A stretch of DNA of 64,000 nucleotides from positions 2,605-66,604 of the forward strand of contig JAQUZG010000003.1 of assembly GCA_028691435.1 (NCBI GenBank), written 5' to 3'. Source of the stretch: Candidatus Iainarchaeum sp. (GTDB lineage: Archaea; Iainarchaeota; Iainarchaeia; Iainarchaeales; JAAZKV01). Positions 58,675 to 64,000 of this stretch are shown here, piece after piece; position 1 is the first letter of the stretch, and each line of letters starts with the position of its first letter. The position numbers and the translations under genes were made by a program. A model generated the notes under the pieces. That model searched no databases. It had not been told where the DNA came from and saw nothing but the letters and a program-made list of their open reading frames with translations.

Positions 58675-61600
58675 ATATACTTAGCAACCTCGAGCTTTTA
58701 GTATTGCAATGCTTAACATGTCGCAAAAGCTTCATGCTTATACAAGCAACCTATCAATCTTATCTTCTATAAGTGCTCTTGTTTCTAGCATTCCTTTTAC
58801 AGAATGGTTCAAAAATGACTGACTATTTTTAGGGATGGCTTCGTGCTTAGATGCTTTCAGCTCTTATCCACTACAGCGTGGCTACCCAGCATTGCCTTAT
58901 CAGACAACTGGCACACTAGAGGCTGCGACGCAGCGTTCCTCTCGTACTCCCTGCATCTTCCCCTCAGTCAATCAACACATCCAACAGATAGTATCCAAAC
59001 TGGCTCGCACCGTTCTTAACCCAACTAACGTACGGCTTTAATGAGTAAACCCCTCCACCCTTGGCTGCTTATGCACAACCAGGATGCCATGAGACGACGG
59101 CGAGGTAGCAAACCGCGGGGTCGATATGAACTCTTACCCGCGACAACTCAATTACCCCCAGGATAGGTTCATTGTTAGACTAGGGTCCCATCAATAGACA
59201 CACTAGCGTTCGCTAGACCCAAGTTTCCTTCCTACGTTTCGTGCTATTAGAAACATAGTTAAGCATGCTTTTACTCTTGCACTCTACAGCGAATTTCTAA
59301 CTCGCTTGAGCATACCATTGGGCGCTCCTGATATTTTTTCAGGAGCGTGCCGCCCCAGCCAAACTACCCACCAAATGGTGTCCCCCTTACGAGGTAAGCA
59401 GTATATTCCCTTAGGGTTGGTGTTACACTTTCGTATCAACAATTCCTGACGAAATTGCATCGATTACTCCCAACTACTCTATACATAAAGAACTATACCA
59501 CAACATCAGGCTGTAGTAAACTTCCGTGGGGTCTTCTCTTCCCGTTGGATGTCCGCAGCATATACACAGCGAAGTAATTTCATTGGGCTCAACTTAGGGA
59601 CAGCTGGTATCTCGTTACTTCCTTGGTGCAAGCCGGCAATAAACCGGCAAGGTATTACGCTACCATAAGAGCCTCAGAGTTAGGCCCGCTCTTCACAAGG
59701 GCTTAGATCCGTTGAAACAGATTTTCACCTACTTGCAGTGAGCAGAAGTCAGCCCCTATACACACCATTGCTGGCTAGCAGGGACCTGTGTTTTTGATAA
59801 ACAGTCGGACACCGCTTGTTATTGAAACCTGCATACTGCTATGCAGGCATTCCTTATACCTAAGATACAGAACTATTTTGCCGAATTCCCTTAAGTCAAT
59901 TCCCCCAGTACGCCTTGGTCTTCTCAACCAGGGGCACCTTTCACGGTTCTTGGTACGGTTTTTTACAATCATTATATACTCATTTTTCATGGGCACCAGG
60001 CCTTGTCGAAACATTGCTGCCATTCCACAATTATTCTACTTCTCGTCATTACGACTCTCCATAGAATTATCTATGTTGGACTACACGATGGTGTAGCTTC
60101 AACTAGCCCAATACGTCAAAAGTATATCTATCGTTGCCGAAATCTTATGTAAAAAGTACGCGACTATGAACGCGTTTCCCATTCCTTACTACTCCTTTTA
60201 TGAGGTAAGTTAGGACCGACTAACTCTTAGCTTATCATAAGCGCTAAGAAACCCTGGCCCTTTCGGCGGAGTTGGTTCTCACAACTCTATCGTTACTACT
60301 ATTACAAGGATCCATATTGCTAAAAGCTCCACCTGCTCTCACGAACAAGCTTCTAAGCCATCAGCACACCTCCTTACAAGGAATGTTATAAACTATAACA
60401 TCTTTCGTGTATCGGTAATTAGTTTTAGCCCCGATCATTTTCATGGCACTTGATCTAGGTGGGTGAGCTGTTACACATTCTTTAAAGGATGGCTACTTCT
60501 AAGCCTACCTCCCCACTGTTTTAGAGCAAACACACATTTTACTAACACTTAACTAATATTTTAGGACCTTAACACGAAGCTGGGTTCTTACCCTTACGGA
60601 CATTAACCTTACGCCAATGCCCCTACTCCCGCCTTCTACGAAGAACATAGCTTCGGAGTTTGGCAAAAAAACTACCCGTTTCCAGGCAACATTTTTTAAC
60701 CAGTATCTCTACACCATATTCGTTCTCCAGCGAAGCAATCCTCAGAGATTTTTCAAGAGGAGCCTGCTATCACTAGGCTCGATACGCTTATTACGCCTAA
60801 TCCCAAGTCACCTAAGCAGATAGACTAGCACTAGTTTCGGCCTTCCACTCCCTTGTGAGGGGGCTTCAGCCTGCTAAGGATTAGATCGCCTAGTTTCAGG
60901 TCTGGTTGCAGTGACTAAAAGCCACGAACTCTTTGCCTCATACTTACGTACTGCGCAAACTCGGTTTCCCTACGGTTCCCTGCTTAAAAACAGTTAACCT
61001 TGCCACTACAACAAATTCCCTTGTTCGTGCTTCACGACGTACGACAGAACACTGAGCTTACGCTCTTTCATGCCCTGCCTCCCCGTAACCAGTTAATTTC
61101 AGGTGCTTTTAAACTCCTATTAAGGATACTTTTCAACGTTCCCTCGCGGTACTAATTCGCTATCGGTCTCAAGACATATTTAGGGTTAGGAGTTGATACT
61201 CCTATGTTCCTGCGCACAACCATGCACAGTACTCGCTTATTAGAAATAAACTTTTTTTAATTAAAATACGGGACTATCACCCTCTTTGGTAAATCGTTCC
61301 AGATTACTTCTTCTCTTAAAAAAAGTTTTAACTAACACCACAACTCCATTACCTCACGGTAACAGATTCGGTTTGCCCTCATCCGCGTTTGATCGCCTCG
61401 CATTGCGGAATCACTTTTGTTTTCTTTTCCTACGGTTACTTAGATGCTTCAGTTCACCGTGTTCCCTTTCTTTGCAGAATTATTCAGAAATCCTTGGTTC
61501 AAAGATTGCATGCATCTCGCCAAGGCTTATCGCAGCTTGCCACGTCCTTTTTCGGTGCTTGAGCCTAGTCATCCATTAACTGGCGTAACGTTGCCGAATT
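58675..61600 (-). rRNA. rrl: 23S ribosomal RNA
   Basis: Reverse complement contains 5' 'GGAUGACUAGGCUCAAGCACCGAAAAAGGACGUGGCAAGCUGCGAUAAGCC' and 3' 'GCUGAAAGCAUCUAAGCACGAAGC...GAUUGAUAGGUUGCUUGUAUAAGCAUGAAG'. Ends were estimated by alignment to remembered E. coli termini (±30 nt). Confidence 0.85.
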
Positions 61601-61858
61601 TATATTTTTTACATACTAGAGAAATTCATTTCACTGTATTATATGCTACTACTCCTATGCGACAACTGTGCAACCATTTAAGTATTGCTACTTAAACAGG
61701 ACAATTGTTTGTCCTTCTATCCTAGAAAAACCTAGAATAGGAACATCACAAATATAATGATGTGTTATTTCTTTCGAAATAATCGACATTGACTTCTTTC
61801 AATTAATCACCGTGCCATTTATGGCACATTTTTAATTGACTTTTTGGAAAAAAGTCAG

Positions 61859-61931
61859 TGGACTTGGAGGGAATTGAACCCCCGACCTTCCGCGTGCAAG
61901 GCGGACGCTCTACCAACTAAGCTACAAGCCC
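61859..61931 (-). tRNA. tRNA-Ala (anticodon TGC) in the 16S-23S spacer
   Basis: Reverse complement GGGCUUGUAGCUUAGUUGGUAGAGCGUCCGCCUUGCACGCGGAAGGUCGGGGGUUCAAUUCCCUCCAAGUCCA; G3·U70 identity pair present; no encoded CCA. Confidence 0.9.
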
Positions 61932-62145
61932 ATAAATATGTGCCTTCGCTTGTTTTTATAGAGTATCCGTTTACTTACTGCAAACGAATGGCCAATACCT
62001 ATTAAGTCCATTTTCTTCAATTTGCTTCGCAAATTTATTTTATGAATTGTTGGTTAGTATAAATAATAATTTTAAAGGTCTATACAAAACTTTAATCGCA
62101 CAGTATTAAAGAAAATTTTCATTTCAGAAAATTCTTTTTTATTAT

Positions 62146-63630
<1,485 letters not shown>

Positions 63631-63939
63631 CCACAAATTAATTTGCAAATTCGTTATTGATCAAATCTAGCATAATTATGTATTATGTATTGAAACTTAA
63701 TAAAATTGGTTATAGAATCTCTTACCAATTATTTTTTATGACCTAACCAACATCATACTACCAAAAACGATAGTACTCATAAACTTATTTTTGTAAGCTT
63801 ACGCAAACAAAAAACATTTTTCTTATTGAACAAAAGTTCAATGTAGAGAACTTGCAATAATCAGCAAAACCAATTATTCAATTTAGCTCTTGCAACTTAC
63901 CCTCACCAGAAGGTCAAATTGCTAATATAATTTTTGGAG

Positions 63940-63965
63940 ATAACCTTTATAAAGCTTTCTTCAAA
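63940..63965 (-). promoter_or_regulatory. candidate rRNA operon promoter (BRE + TATA 'GAAAGCTTTATAAAGG') ~300 nt upstream of 16S
   Basis: Archaeal consensus-like BRE/TATA read on the minus strand; no transcript data. Confidence 0.3.
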
Positions 63966-64000
63966 CTTTTCAAAGAATGTGTTTTTTAGAGGTAATTAAG

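Overview
This is a low-GC (~28-30%), gene-dense archaeal window that looks DPANN-like. Archaeal markers include an rRNA operon with tRNA-Ala in the 16S-23S spacer, RNA polymerase subunit F, ribosomal protein L21e, an archaeal-type TyrRS, a diphthine-ammonia-ligase domain, AMP phosphorylase, a class III (pilin) signal peptide, and anti-SD/SD pairing. About 60 protein genes are called. They are mostly housekeeping and membrane/transport genes: ArgRS, TyrRS, KsgA, a DEAD-box helicase, ABC transporters, CorA, MscS, an NhaP-type antiporter, two FKBPs, LeuA/CimA, a DAHP/KDO8P-synthase-like enzyme, desulfoferrodoxin, and an AMP phosphorylase plus ribose-1,5-bisphosphate-isomerase pair. RNA genes are tRNA-Ser(TGA), a class II tRNA with apparent anticodon ACU, tRNA-Arg(TCT), a compact RNase P RNA, and 16S-tRNA-Ala-23S on the minus strand at the right end. 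The most unusual items are: (1) a tRNA-Ser with a ~55-nt direct repeat of its 3' part 1 kb downstream, bracketing a mini-island with a wHTH plus RelE/ParE-like pair, a signature of an old integrative element; (2) a MazG frameshifted in an A6 tract, next to a conserved unknown protein and two HD hydrolases; (3) a 703-aa fusion of an AsnB-like glutamine amidotransferase to a Dph6/MJ0570-like PP-loop domain; (4) a tiny K-rich (KKAPA)x3 protein with a half SWIB/MDM2 motif; (5) a 2204-aa cell-surface giant and a 6-PEGA-repeat surface protein; (6) a decayed NPPY-family methyltransferase remnant; (7) a ~230-nt GC-rich candidate structured RNA; (8) a HerA/DUF87-like ATPase truncated at the left edge. 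No CRISPR array, integrase or transposase was seen. I could not recognise a single complete novel multi-gene system with confidence, so candidates are listed individually.
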